Assembly: GCA_963821315.1 (NCBI GenBank)
Contig: CAWGDP010000009.1
Coordinates: forward strand, 89,454-153,453
DNA: 64,000 bases
Source: an uncultured Acidobacteriaceae bacterium
Lineage (GTDB): Bacteria > Acidobacteriota > Terriglobia > Terriglobales > Acidobacteriaceae
Reading direction: 5' to 3'
The notes below the pieces were generated by a model that saw only the letters and a program-made list of their open reading frames with translations, made no database searches and had not been told where the DNA came from. The position numbers and the translations under genes were made by a program. This document shows, piece by piece, positions 48,818 through 58,405 of this stretch (position 1 is its first letter; each line of letters begins with the position of its first letter).

Positions 48818-49230
48818 GTTTTCCCCTCAGATCTTTGGCGAAGTGTGCGAGCTCGCGATCGACACAAGCAAACCCCGCTCGCTGCAATGGTTTCTGGATC
48901 ATCTTCTTGAGTTGCCGAGGTACAAAGCACTCCAGCCAGCGAAAGCCCTGGAGCTTCAATACGTAACTAAGCCCTTCTATCTCCCGGCGTCCGAACGCCG
49001 TGGCCTTGGGATCGCAACCCACAAAGCGCAGCTCCGCGATCCTCTCCACGTAGATACAGTTCCTGATGGCCCCATCCTCATCCACGCCCACCAGGGCAAT
49101 GGCAATCGCGGGACCGAACAAGTTGGGCAGCTCGTAATTGGTGCCCTGCGCGGCCTGGTGCTCCCGGTGCAGTTGCTGAATGAGCAGGCCAATCTTGCTC
49201 GGTCGCCTGGCGCAGCGTAATGCGCTTCAT
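48810..49230 (-). pseudogene. hypothetical phage protein (possible acetyltransferase-like fold), frame-disrupted
   Basis: The ATG at 49230 (an ATGA overlap with the upstream gene's stop) gives MKRITLRQATEQD. A 1-nt shift near 49186-49193 continues as ..GLLIQQLHREHQAAQGTNYELPNLFGPAIAIALVGVDEDG.., which is track ORF 48810..49121. Confidence 0.4.
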
Positions 49231-49487
49231 TTCACGGTGAGCGAGTGCTTGCCGGCATAGTTAAGCATCTGACGCTGCGACGTATTCAGCGCCTCGTTGA
49301 TTTGAGCGACGGCGGCCGCCGGGTCCAGGTTGCCCAAATTGTCTTTGGGGTGAACGGCTCCGCATGCGGGGCAGGAGTCGTGGCCGACGGCCAGTTGGAT
49401 CAGATGCCGATTGCCTCGTTCGTCGCGCAGCTCGATCACATGAAAGCCGCTCGCCAAATCCAGATACTGCTGGTGCAGGCTATACAT
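49227..49487 (-). CDS. hypothetical phage protein (86 aa) with a CPACG motif
   Basis: Within ORF 49227..49544. The ATG at 49487 (MYSLHQQYLDLASGF..) overlaps the stop of the upstream tail-fibre-like gene. Confidence 0.45.
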   Translation of the reverse strand: MYSLHQQYLDLASGFHVIELRDERGNRHLIQLAVGHDSCPACGAVHPKDNLGNLDPAAAVAQINEALNTSQRQMLNYAGKHSLTVK

Positions 49488-50571
49488 CGGCGTAGAGCCT
49501 CCCCCCGTTATTGCCGGTGGCTCCGCCGCCGCCGGCGACTCCACCGCTTACGCCGCCGGAGGCGGTGACCATGGGCGTGCTGGAGTAGCCGCTGCCTGCG
49601 CTGCCCGGCGTCACCTGCGTAACTGCGCCGGCCGCCACCACGGCCGTAGCCGTAGCGCCGGTGCCCGTGCTATCCGTGATCGTCAGCGTAGGCGCCGCGG
49701 TGAGCCCGTTGCCGGGGTTGATGATCTGGTAAGCGACGATCGCGCCCCCGGTCACCACGGCATGAATCACCGGCAGGACCAGGCCACTTGCATTCGCGAT
49801 GACCGATACCTTGCCCACCGGCACCCAGGTATCAGGGAAAGTCTGGGCCAGTTGCGGCTTGAGCTGATACTTCTGTCCATCCCAGACCACGAAGCCATTG
49901 GTCGCGTAAGCGACATTCATGATGGTCCCGGGGGCAATTACTTTAGAACTGTTACCGAGGATTGAGGTCCACGAAGTACCGAGCCCGCCCGAACCATAGA
50001 CCCGTACCGTGGCCGTGCTGCCATTGGCGACTGAGTCCACCGTCGCATAGTTTGACTGGTTGAGGGAGAGGTTGCTCCCGCTCGCCGCCGAGCTCACCAG
50101 GCCGGAGCTGACCGCGCCCGGCTGAGCGATATAGCTGCTCCAGTTCTGTTGGTTATAACTCGACCGCAGCCGCCAGTACAGAGTCACGCCAGGATTGGGC
50201 AAGACATAACTCGTGTTGGTGCTGACAGGGTAAGTCGTTACCCCCGAAACAAAATTGGCCACCGGTGAACTCGATAGCTCCTGGTAAATAGGCGCGTTGG
50301 TCGCATTGCTCGGCGCCTTGGCTCCCGAGGCGTTCTGCGGTGTGGTGATGGAAACCGTGAAGCTCCCATTTGCTCCACTCACCGCAAGCTGAGAAGGCGC
50401 CGGCGGCGAGGTGAAGGGGGCTGCGCTCGCGTCGATCTTGGTCAGCGGCGTAGTGCCCGTCTGCGCGTAAAGAGACTGCAGTGCGAGATGAATGCCGGTC
50501 AGCGTCTCCCGCAAATCGCTGTTTCCCTTGGCCGCGGAGTTGATCTGCGCCAGGTTGACACTAAGCGCCAT
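49480..50571 (-). CDS. phage tail fibre/spike-like protein (363 aa)
   Basis: Within ORF 49480..50682. The ATG at 50571 gives MALSVNLAQINSAAKGNSDL... Ser/Thr/Asn/Gly-rich beta-type composition with a Gly-rich C-terminus. It lies downstream of the large tail protein. Confidence 0.5.
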   Translation of the reverse strand: MALSVNLAQINSAAKGNSDLRETLTGIHLALQSLYAQTGTTPLTKIDASAAPFTSPPAPSQLAVSGANGSFTVSITTPQNASGAKAPSNATNAPIYQELSSSPVANFVSGVTTYPVSTNTSYVLPNPGVTLYWRLRSSYNQQNWSSYIAQPGAVSSGLVSSAASGSNLSLNQSNYATVDSVANGSTATVRVYGSGGLGTSWTSILGNSSKVIAPGTIMNVAYATNGFVVWDGQKYQLKPQLAQTFPDTWVPVGKVSVIANASGLVLPVIHAVVTGGAIVAYQIINPGNGLTAAPTLTITDSTGTGATATAVVAAGAVTQVTPGSAGSGYSSTPMVTASGGVSGGVAGGGGATGNNGGRLYADV

Positions 50572-53540
50572 TGCTGCTGCTCCTGCCGGTAAAGAGCGGG
50601 CGGGTGAACAGGCTGCAATACTTGAGCGCAAACCAGGCGTTGGCGATTGCCCCATTGGTAAAGCGCATGCGGAAGCGCTCATTCTGCCCCCGCGCGCCGC
50701 CGTCGTAGCCTCTCCAGTTTTCCGGGGTCAGCGGAAAGGGCGCCAGCTTGATCTCGTTGGTACCGTTACTTGCGGGGGTCTGCTGCGAGTCTACATACGT
50801 TCGTGCCACCATCACCGATACGGTCATCGAACCCTGGCCCAGGGCATTGATGCTGACCCCGCCCAGCATGGAAACCTCCATCAGGTCCTGGGTGCTGGTG
50901 GTTTCGTACTGGCAGGCGATCCCACTGCCGTTGTCGTTGTAAACGCCGGTCGCGATCATCTGCACTGTCCCATCGGGGGAAGAGGAACCGATCAGCACCT
51001 GCGATTGACGCTGCGCCCCGAACGGCGAGGCGTTCTCCGGCAACTGCCGCTCACAACGAACCGCCACCGATCCGGCAATATCGTCCAGGCTCCATTTGCG
51101 GGCCGCGCCCATGGCCACCTCCCGGCCCGCATACTGGCTGAAGTGGATCGGCCCTGAGAGGCCCTCCATGTAATTCATGGTCAGTGTCTGGTTGGGCACG
51201 GTCGCGTTGCCCACCGGGATGCCGATCCGGATCTCCTTGTTCTCTTCATCCACGCAGCACCAGATCAGATGCTGGTAATCCCAGTTGATGCTCTGCCACA
51301 AGCAAGGAATCTCCTTGGTCATGAGCTTCGGTTGCGCTTCACTGGGCGTATACGCATACGCTCCGCTGCGATGCACGAAGAAAAGAAACTCATTGGTGAC
51401 GCAAACTGCCCGCGGCCCACAAGGTCCTACGCCCTCCCACCGCTGCTGCACCGACCAGGTGGATGGATCAGTTGCCGTGGGGGAGATGGTAAAGCCGGAG
51501 CGCTCCTTCAGCGAGAAGAGCGTCCCTTGAAATTCGCGGGCGCAGATGCAGCGCTGCCCATTGCCATTCGCTACCTGGATCGGGCTGGTGTCGCCGTAAT
51601 AAGACTCCGAGTCCGCGGCCAGCGAGATGTAATGCCCTGATCCGTACCCATCCACTCCGCTCAGTACGACGCGGTCATTGGACGGAGAGTAATACACATC
51701 GACGGCCGCGGGAGGGCAGTATGCAGCGCAGCCGGTCGGTCATGTCGGTCGAGGTCTCCGCTTCAAGAAACTCGTCGGTGAAATTGAAGAATGCCGTGGT
51801 GGTGGTGTTGTCGCCGATCACCGTCGCCGTCATGGGGATGGAGGCGCTTACAGTGGCCGTCGGGATGTAGAAGAACGGCCCCGCATTGGTGCCATCGGCG
51901 ACCGTGAAACCAATGGTGCGATTGAGGGTGTTGCTCGGGTCCAATGGGAATATTGGCCATGTACAGTTCATAGCCGGGCACATCCACGCTGACCGAGGTA
52001 AAGGCTGTGACCGTGCCGCTCAAATTTCCGTTGCGGTTGGTGAAGGCGATGCTGGCATAGCGGAGACCAGGGCTCGCGTCGGGGGCAATATTGCCCGCAG
52101 CCCCGGAGGTGTTGGCCACGGGAGCAGACGGCCCGCCGGCGGTCGAGACAATCGTGGCCGTGGTAAGCGGCTGAAATGATCCCACGAGCGCGTAGCTGCT
52201 GGTAGCAGGCGCGGCGGCTCCGGTGGCAACGTCGGCTTCATAGAGATTCACTCCCGTAATTTGATACAGCGTGGAGGGAATGGGGATTTGCACGGCGTCA
52301 TTGAGGACAGTGTCGATCAGCGTGCCGGCAACGGAAGGCAGCGTTTCTCCCGCTGCGTTGGTGAAGGTTGCAATCACGTAGACATCGCGCCCGGCAGGAA
52401 AGCTGCCCGAGCCCGAGGCGCGTTCGACGGTAGGGGTCGATGGGGGCTGCTAATCCGCCGGGAGTGACCCGAGCCGTGTTGGACGAGGGCGGCGCAACCC
52501 CGGCCGCCGTGTTCGTCACCGTGACTGTGGCTCCCAGGGCAAAATTTCCCACCTGGGCAAAGCTTGCGGGAGCGGGCGCCGCAGCCCCGGTGGCAACGTC
52601 GGCCTCATAAACGTTGACGGAGACCGGCTGGTACGCGGTCGCCAGCCCACGAATCCACCCTGCCAGGCTGGATAAGGCAGGCACCGTGAACTGGGCTGCG
52701 TCATTTAGATTCGTATCGACCAGGATGCCCGGAGCTGAGGCGATCGACTCTCCCTGCGCGTTGACATAGGTCATCTCCAGGTAGACATCGCGGCCGGCCG
52801 CGAAAGCTCCGCCGCCGGCCACCCGGGCAGGCTGGGGCGAGTTAGGCGCCGGCAGCCGGTTCACCAGCACCGGGGTCAGCTCTTTCCAGGTGACGCCGCC
52901 ATCTGTAACCGTAGCGTTTTCTGTCAGCGGCCACGCCGGCTCGGTGGCGCTCGTGGTGCCGGCGACGGTGCAGCGGTAGAGGTGCCCGTTGCCGCCCGCC
53001 GCGGTTGGTTGCACATACTCGCCCACCAGATAAGCCGTGGAGGCAAGCCACGCCGCGCCCAGCGGCTTCTGCCCATACGGGTCCAGCTGCTGCGTGCTCA
53101 ACCCGTAGACGTTGATCGGGGCTGACAGGCGTCTGCAGGTCGGAGTAAGCGACCAGGGCGCGGTTATAAGCCTCGGTCACGATGGCATGTGAATTGGCCG
53201 GTTGGGTTACCAGCGGTCCCTGCACCCGTACCAGCTTGCCGCTCCCGACCGGACGCTCGACCAGCAGGTAGCCGTCCGTATCGAAAACCAGCGGGACCTG
53301 AAAGAGCGTCTCGCCAGGATTCTCCGGGGTATAAATCAAAGAAGCCAGGCCGGAGATAGCCGCCTGGTTTGGTCCCTGCATGGTGGTCTGCAGGCCATAC
53401 CGCGTGGCCACGGTGGTGAGCTGAAACCTGCAATTCTTGCAGACAGCCGCAACCCCCATAGGCAGCACGGTCGGATCGTCATTGTCGACGAGTCCACCAA
53501 AGCGCGTGAACTCGTGCGGGGTGAAGCCGTCAAAATTCAT
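50561..53540 (-). pseudogene. large phage tail/baseplate-like structural protein (about 990 aa), frame-disrupted four times
   Basis: Fragments are 52842..53540, 52298..53101, 51763..52377, 51675..51983 and 50561..51697, and they read as one protein. Junctions: G4 at 53118-53121 (..LQTPVSP / INVYGLSTQQLDPYG); G5 at 52442-52446 (..TPGGLAAP / STPTVERASGSGSFPAGRDVYV); about 51936-51945 (..YMANIPI / DPSNTLNRTIGFTV); G3 at 51714-51716 (..RLRCILP / PAAVDVYYSPSNDRV). Confidence 0.6.
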
Positions 53541-53547
53541 TCAGGGC

Positions 53548-53916
53548 TTAGACGCGACGCTTCTGCATGGTGAGAATGACGTTCCCGCCAGTGACCGCGG
53601 TCGGGTAGGTTCCAGCGGCAACGATCGCTCCGCCGGGTGCATAGACATTGATGAGGAACGCAGTCAAAGTCGAGCCACTGACCTTCGGCTGCACGTAATA
53701 GCCGCCGATATCTTCCAGGTAGACGGCCGGGCCCAACGAGAGCGGCAGCTCGAAGACGCCTTCTACATCAAGGCCGTTAGGGTTGGTCAGCGTTGTCAGG
53801 TTGAGAGGATCTCCACCGGAGGGAAAGCTTCCGCTGAAGGTAAGCTGGATGAAGACGGTAAAGTTGCGCTCCCCGGCCCCAGCGGTGTAATCGATGATTG
53901 CTCCTGAAACTGCCAT
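53548..53916 (-). CDS. hypothetical phage structural protein (122 aa)
   Basis: ORF 53548..53916, tightly packed in the late block. Confidence 0.5.
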   Translation of the reverse strand: MAVSGAIIDYTAGAGERNFTVFIQLTFSGSFPSGGDPLNLTTLTNPNGLDVEGVFELPLSLGPAVYLEDIGGYYVQPKVSGSTLTAFLINVYAPGGAIVAAGTYPTAVTGGNVILTMQKRRV

Positions 53917-53941
53917 GGTTTCTCCTTATTAGAAAATTGAA

Positions 53942-54611
53942 TTAAGATCGCCGCCGGGTCTGTCTCGCCGCCCGGCGCACCTGGCCCTGTTCGGCGCGGA
54001 CAAGTTGTTCCATGATTTCGTCCATGCCTTCGAGTGCCTTTTGTTCGTACTGCTGGGTCCACGCCTGATTGCCGCGAACCGTTGCAATCAGCGCCGCCGC
54101 GCCATAGGCGACGACATAGCCAATCCGCGGATGCGAGAGCAGCACGCTGTCATCGCTGGTCAGCGGTGGCGGTCCAAACTCACCCCGGACGCGCAGGTCG
54201 ACAGCGATAGAGCAATTGGTAAGCCAGATCACCTCGCTGCGAAACTCCCATCCCGCCATGCCCTCGCGTGGCACCAGGTCGGGAAGGACCTCGTAATTGG
54301 GCACCAGCCGGTAATAAGAAGGGTCATCGCCCGCCGGCTTCCAGTCGATGCGCAGCGGCTGGTCGGTCAGGGCAGCGAGCGGGCCGCTCCCTGTTTGATA
54401 GGGAGCCAGGTTCGGAGTGCCCGGCGGAATGCCCGGCACCTCAACCACTGCGATATCCCACGAGGACTGGGTAGATGCGAGTTGCGAGTTAGCATCGTCG
54501 TACACCTCGCAGATAAGGGGCACAACGAAGCTATCCGTCAGATAGGATCCCTGGGGATCATCCAGCAGATTGCGCACCCGCGCCTTTACCTGGCCGAGGG
54601 TCCAGCTCACG
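53942..54611 (-). CDS. hypothetical phage structural protein (about 222 aa)
   Basis: Within ORF 53942..54667. The GTG at 54611 overlaps the upstream gene's stop ((M)SWTLGQVKARVRNLLDDPQGSYL..). Confidence 0.5.
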
Positions 54612-55557
54612 CGGGTTTGCCCTTCGCCTGGTCGCGTTCGGCCTTGATCTGGTTCACGATCTTCCACTCTTGTGCTGTCAGGCGGTCCATTTCCACCGCG
54701 CCGTAGGCGATCCTGGTATTTTTGTAAGCCTGAACCACGTTAAAAATGTGGCCGCAATTGATGCACAGAATAGATCCGGTCTTAGGCGTTGTCGCGCAAC
54801 TGGGGCAGGGGTCCGGCTGCTTTTCGGTCAGGGTGTTGGCTTGCATCACCCAGCGGGGCAATTCAGGAATCAGCCCTTCTTCCACTGCCAGGCGTGCCAG
54901 GTCGCGATGTGTATCGTTGACGTTCATGCGTTGCGAGTCGTTCTCGTACCAGGCATTGGCTGATTGCAGCCGTTGCAGGATGGAGCTGTTGCGCTTTTTG
55001 CGGATGGCGGTCAATGTTTCGTGGAAGTCGCGCTCTCGGACCTCCACATAAAACTCTCCCGTGTCGCTATAAGCCACTTCGGGAACGCGGATCACTCCGC
55101 CTTTCTTGATGGAGGCCGGGTCGTGATCGCCGACGTAGCAGAGCACGCCGCCGAAACCACCATCCTGTTGCACGTATTCGCGAATGTATTCCGCGGCCAG
55201 CACCAGCGGGATAGCCGGCACCGGTTCCATCTGCATCATGTTCTGCGCGTCGCAGCCCAGGTCCTTGTGGCCCCACCGCGTATCCCGGATTACATGCACG
55301 GTATAGGGCTTGCCCGGGGGGCAGGGTGCGATCTCTTCCGGAAAAAAGACACCGCCATTGATTTTTAAGGGAAATGGGTTCAGGTTGAGGATGGTGACCG
55401 GCTTATCGGCCTCTGCCTGTTTGAGCAGCCGCTGAATCTCGGCATACCGCTTGACCGTCCAGCGCTGGCCAGGGTCACGGAACTTGCCAGGATCCTTGCC
55501 CAGCAGAGCCTCCGCGTTGGCGCGTTGCATCTCCGGAGTAATAACGATTGTTGCCAT
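54607..55557 (-). CDS. hypothetical phage protein with a C-terminal zinc-ribbon (316 aa)
   Basis: ORF 54607..55557. Zinc-ribbon segment: CPSCATTPKTGSILCINCGH. Confidence 0.5.
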   Translation of the reverse strand: MATIVITPEMQRANAEALLGKDPGKFRDPGQRWTVKRYAEIQRLLKQAEADKPVTILNLNPFPLKINGGVFFPEEIAPCPPGKPYTVHVIRDTRWGHKDLGCDAQNMMQMEPVPAIPLVLAAEYIREYVQQDGGFGGVLCYVGDHDPASIKKGGVIRVPEVAYSDTGEFYVEVRERDFHETLTAIRKKRNSSILQRLQSANAWYENDSQRMNVNDTHRDLARLAVEEGLIPELPRWVMQANTLTEKQPDPCPSCATTPKTGSILCINCGHIFNVVQAYKNTRIAYGAVEMDRLTAQEWKIVNQIKAERDQAKGKPA

Positions 55558-55638
55558 AAATAAAGCTCCTTATTGTTTGCAAGAGAAGTAGGTGAGCGAC
55601 GGGTGAACTGTTAATACTCAAACGATTTAAAGGAAATG

Positions 55639-55885
55639 GACGGGTGCCCCAGGTTCGCACCAGCGTACCTGGGAAGAAAACGACGGGGCGAAGCCCCTTC
55701 CAGAGCTTTTTGAAAATCGAGTAAAGCATTCGAACGTTTCATTTTCGTCCCAGGCACGCTTTGGCGAACCTGGGGCACCCGTCGTCCCTTTGCGGGGCGG
55801 ACCTCTGTCATCCACAAGCAGCACATCATAGAAAGGCGCTACTCCCAGATTTGTCATCCCGAGCGAAGCCGAGGGACCTGCTGTG
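55639..55885. repeat. REP elements inside the phage late block: ~145-bp palindrome (gacgggtgccccaggttcgc family) plus a tgtcatcccgagcgaagccgagggacctgc unit
   Basis: Left arm: ggacgggtgccccaggttcgcaccagcgtacctggga (55639-). Right arm: tcccaggcacgctttggcgaacctggggcacccgtc (-55784). The second family lies at 55852-55885. The palindrome recurs at 61369..61513. Confidence 0.8.
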
Positions 55886-55921
55886 CGCCCCTCCCCCTAG
55901 AAAACCTCTCGGTGACGAAAC

Positions 55922-56629
55922 CTACAAAATCCCGATATGTTCGTTAGCATTCCCCGTGCGCCGCGCCAGGTCCTGCCTCCAGCGGCTGGCGGCGAGACTA
56001 CTGCTGTGCAAAGGGGAGATATGATCCCGCATCATCGCGTCATACTCGACCTTGCGTTTCCTCTCCGCCTGTTCCTCTTCGTACTGAAACCGCAGTAGAT
56101 ACTCCTGCGCGCGAGATTCAGCACTGCCGCGACGGCTATGGATGCCGAAGCTGTACTGCGCAATCAAGCCCTGCAGCGTATCGGTGGTAGGCGCTTTTGC
56201 CCACGGGCCAAACACCATCTCATAATCACCACATTCGGGATAAGGCCCCAACATAGGAGTGAACCCATCGATTGCCTTGTACGAATACCACTCCGCCTGG
56301 GTGCCATAGCTCGAGGCAGGGAACCACTTCTCCAGGATCCAGCCCTCGGCATGGGGATACTTTCTAACCTCGCGCATCTCCGTAACCACGCGAATAGGCC
56401 GGTTGTCATGGCGAGAGAAGTTACACCCCGGTGCATCCGGGTTCGGCTGAAAATTCAGCCCACCTTTCTCAGCCGTCGAAAGCCCGGGAGCCCAATCACG
56501 GTACACGCCCGATTCCTTTACCAGCCGGTCGCTGCCCACCAGCAACCTCCATTGCGGCTTACCGAAAGGATTCCTGCCCCCGTAGGTGGTAAGAAACCGC
56601 TGCGTGGCGCCGGGCACGATGTGACTCAC
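55922..56629 (-). CDS. hypothetical phage protein (about 235 aa)
   Basis: Within ORF 55922..56677. The GTG at 56629 forms a GTGA overlap with the glycosyltransferase stop. Confidence 0.5.
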   Translation of the reverse strand: MSHIVPGATQRFLTTYGGRNPFGKPQWRLLVGSDRLVKESGVYRDWAPGLSTAEKGGLNFQPNPDAPGCNFSRHDNRPIRVVTEMREVRKYPHAEGWILEKWFPASSYGTQAEWYSYKAIDGFTPMLGPYPECGDYEMVFGPWAKAPTTDTLQGLIAQYSFGIHSRRGSAESRAQEYLLRFQYEEEQAERKRKVEYDAMMRDHISPLHSSSLAASRWRQDLARRTGNANEHIGIL

Positions 56630-57402
56630 AGCCCATCGCCCTTGTGCGTGAAGGGCGCTGTCTTCCTCCCGTACCAATTGGCGGACATGGTGGCGTCCGT
56701 GCTCTCCAGGTGATAGCCCACAATCTCAGGGATGAGCGCACGCCGGGCGCGTGGCCACTTCTTGGCAAACACCATGTCGCCGCGTCCTGCGTCGGTATGC
56801 GCAACCGGGTACTCGCAAACGCCAGAGGCCCTGGGAGACCACATCTGAAAGAACCCGATGGGAATATATCCTCCGCCGTCCTTGCTGGTAACGCGCGTGC
56901 CCAGGGGAAAGGCGTTCAAGTGAACATAGGCGTCGCATTCATGTTGCAGAGCCGGCAACTCGAGAAAACGGTCCCATTGTGTGTAACCCTTCACGCAGAA
57001 ACGATCGATGCCATAGATCATGCAGGGATCAAGGTTCGCATTCTGCAGCAGTAAACGTGTCTGCGGCGGTAGCGCGATATCGGCGTCCAGGTGCACCACC
57101 CATCCATTGCGATCGAGCCGGTGCAGGCCCTCATTGATCCCCGCGCCCTTGCAGAACTTATTCCAGCGCGAATTCAGCGCATCGGTCTGCAAGCACTCTA
57201 CGTGATGAAACTCACAGATACGTTGGGTATCGCGATCTTCCGCCGAGGTTACCACCACGATGCGGTCGAACAAATGTTTGTTACCTGGGAGCGTACAGCG
57301 CAAAAAGTCGGAGTAACGATCACATACCACCACTGCTTCCATCTTGAAGTCAGGGTCCGGCGTGTGCACCGCCCCTCCGGGGCAAGGGCATTCATAAGAC
57401 AT
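56626..57402 (-). CDS. GT-A fold glycosyltransferase-like protein (258 aa)
   Basis: Within ORF 56626..57519. The ATG at 57402 has GGAGAG upstream. Sequence: MEAVVVCDRYSDFLRCTLPGN...IVVVTSAEDRDT...NKFCKGAGINEGL...WVVHLDADIALP (a DxD-type motif). Confidence 0.5.
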   Translation of the reverse strand: MSYECPCPGGAVHTPDPDFKMEAVVVCDRYSDFLRCTLPGNKHLFDRIVVVTSAEDRDTQRICEFHHVECLQTDALNSRWNKFCKGAGINEGLHRLDRNGWVVHLDADIALPPQTRLLLQNANLDPCMIYGIDRFCVKGYTQWDRFLELPALQHECDAYVHLNAFPLGTRVTSKDGGGYIPIGFFQMWSPRASGVCEYPVAHTDAGRGDMVFAKKWPRARRALIPEIVGYHLESTDATMSANWYGRKTAPFTHKGDGL

Positions 57403-57565
57403 CGCTGAGCTCTCCAAATGTTGACGGGTACGAGCCTGTGGGTTGCGGAAAAGTCCGCCTTTGGGTAGACCAGGGCTACCTCGCCGCAGCGAGCATTGGC
57501 CCTGGCGATGCAACAGCAAATTTGATTGGGCGTTGCAATGGCATCACCTGTGATACCATCTCACG

Positions 57566-57994
57566 GTGAGGGTGGTCCTTGATACTTCGGTGCTGATCGC
57601 GGCACTTCGTTCCGGTACCGGGGCCGCCGCGGAAATTGTGCGCTTGACGTTGCTCCAAGAATTAACCATTCTAATGGACTACAAATTGGCTTGTGAGTAC
57701 CGGGCCGTGGCTCTGCGCGCCGAACACCTGGTCACCTCAGGCAAGACGCGAGAAGATACGGAACTGCTTTTGGATATGCTGGAAGCGGTTGCCGAACCTG
57801 TCATGGTGATTGTTCGGCACCGGCCATTTTCGCCTGATGCAAATGATGACATGGTATTAGACGTAGCCATCAACGGGAACGCGGACGCAATTGTTAGCAA
57901 CAATACGAAACATTTTCGAGAACCTGCCAAGCGTTTTCAACTGGACCTGCTCAGACCCGTTGAACTGCTGAGCGAATTCCGAAAGAGGAGCTAG
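57566..57994 (+). CDS. PIN-domain toxin (VapC-like toxin-antitoxin component)
   Basis: ORF 57566..57994 with a GTG start. Sequence: (M)RVVLDTSVLIAALRSGTGAAAEIVRL...DANDDMVLDVAINGNADAIVSNNTKHF. The acidic residues are in PIN-typical positions. Confidence 0.75.
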   Translation: MRVVLDTSVLIAALRSGTGAAAEIVRLTLLQELTILMDYKLACEYRAVALRAEHLVTSGKTREDTELLLDMLEAVAEPVMVIVRHRPFSPDANDDMVLDVAINGNADAIVSNNTKHFREPAKRFQLDLLRPVELLSEFRKRS

Positions 57995-58000
57995 AAATTT

Positions 58001-58375
58001 ATGCCCACCAACCAGAAGAAGGTTACCGTGAACAAGTTCCCACTTCGGCTGATGCCCTCGGTGCGCAGGGTAGCGGAAGACTTCTCTCAAAAGGAAGGCG
58101 TCTCGCTCAACCAGTTCATCAATGTCGCTGTAGCAGAAAAGCTCGCTCATCTTCAGCACGAAGAGTGGCTAGCTCGTCGCCCGAAAGCATCGAGCGATTC
58201 CATCGCGAAGGCCCTCCAAATTCTGGACCGTCCCACAAGGCGCGTTCCTGAGGAGGTAGACAAACTCCCGAAAGGCTATGTGTCAGCCCGCCGCAAGTAC
58301 TCCGGCAAGAAAGCGCCGAAAACGCTTCATCCAGCAGGCACCGTGGTTTTGCCAACGACAAAAACAAAGGGCTGA
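58001..58375 (+). CDS. ribbon-helix-helix (Arc/CopG/HicB-C-like) antitoxin candidate
   Basis: ORF 58001..58375 starts 6 nt after the PIN gene. The segment FPLRLMPSVRRVAEDFSQKEGVSLNQFINVAVAEKLAHL is the typical RHH antitoxin pattern, followed by a basic tail. Confidence 0.65.
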   Translation: MPTNQKKVTVNKFPLRLMPSVRRVAEDFSQKEGVSLNQFINVAVAEKLAHLQHEEWLARRPKASSDSIAKALQILDRPTRRVPEEVDKLPKGYVSARRKYSGKKAPKTLHPAGTVVLPTTKTKG

Positions 58376-58405
58376 GACGGTTGCCCCAGCCCTCTGATCG
58401 AGCGG

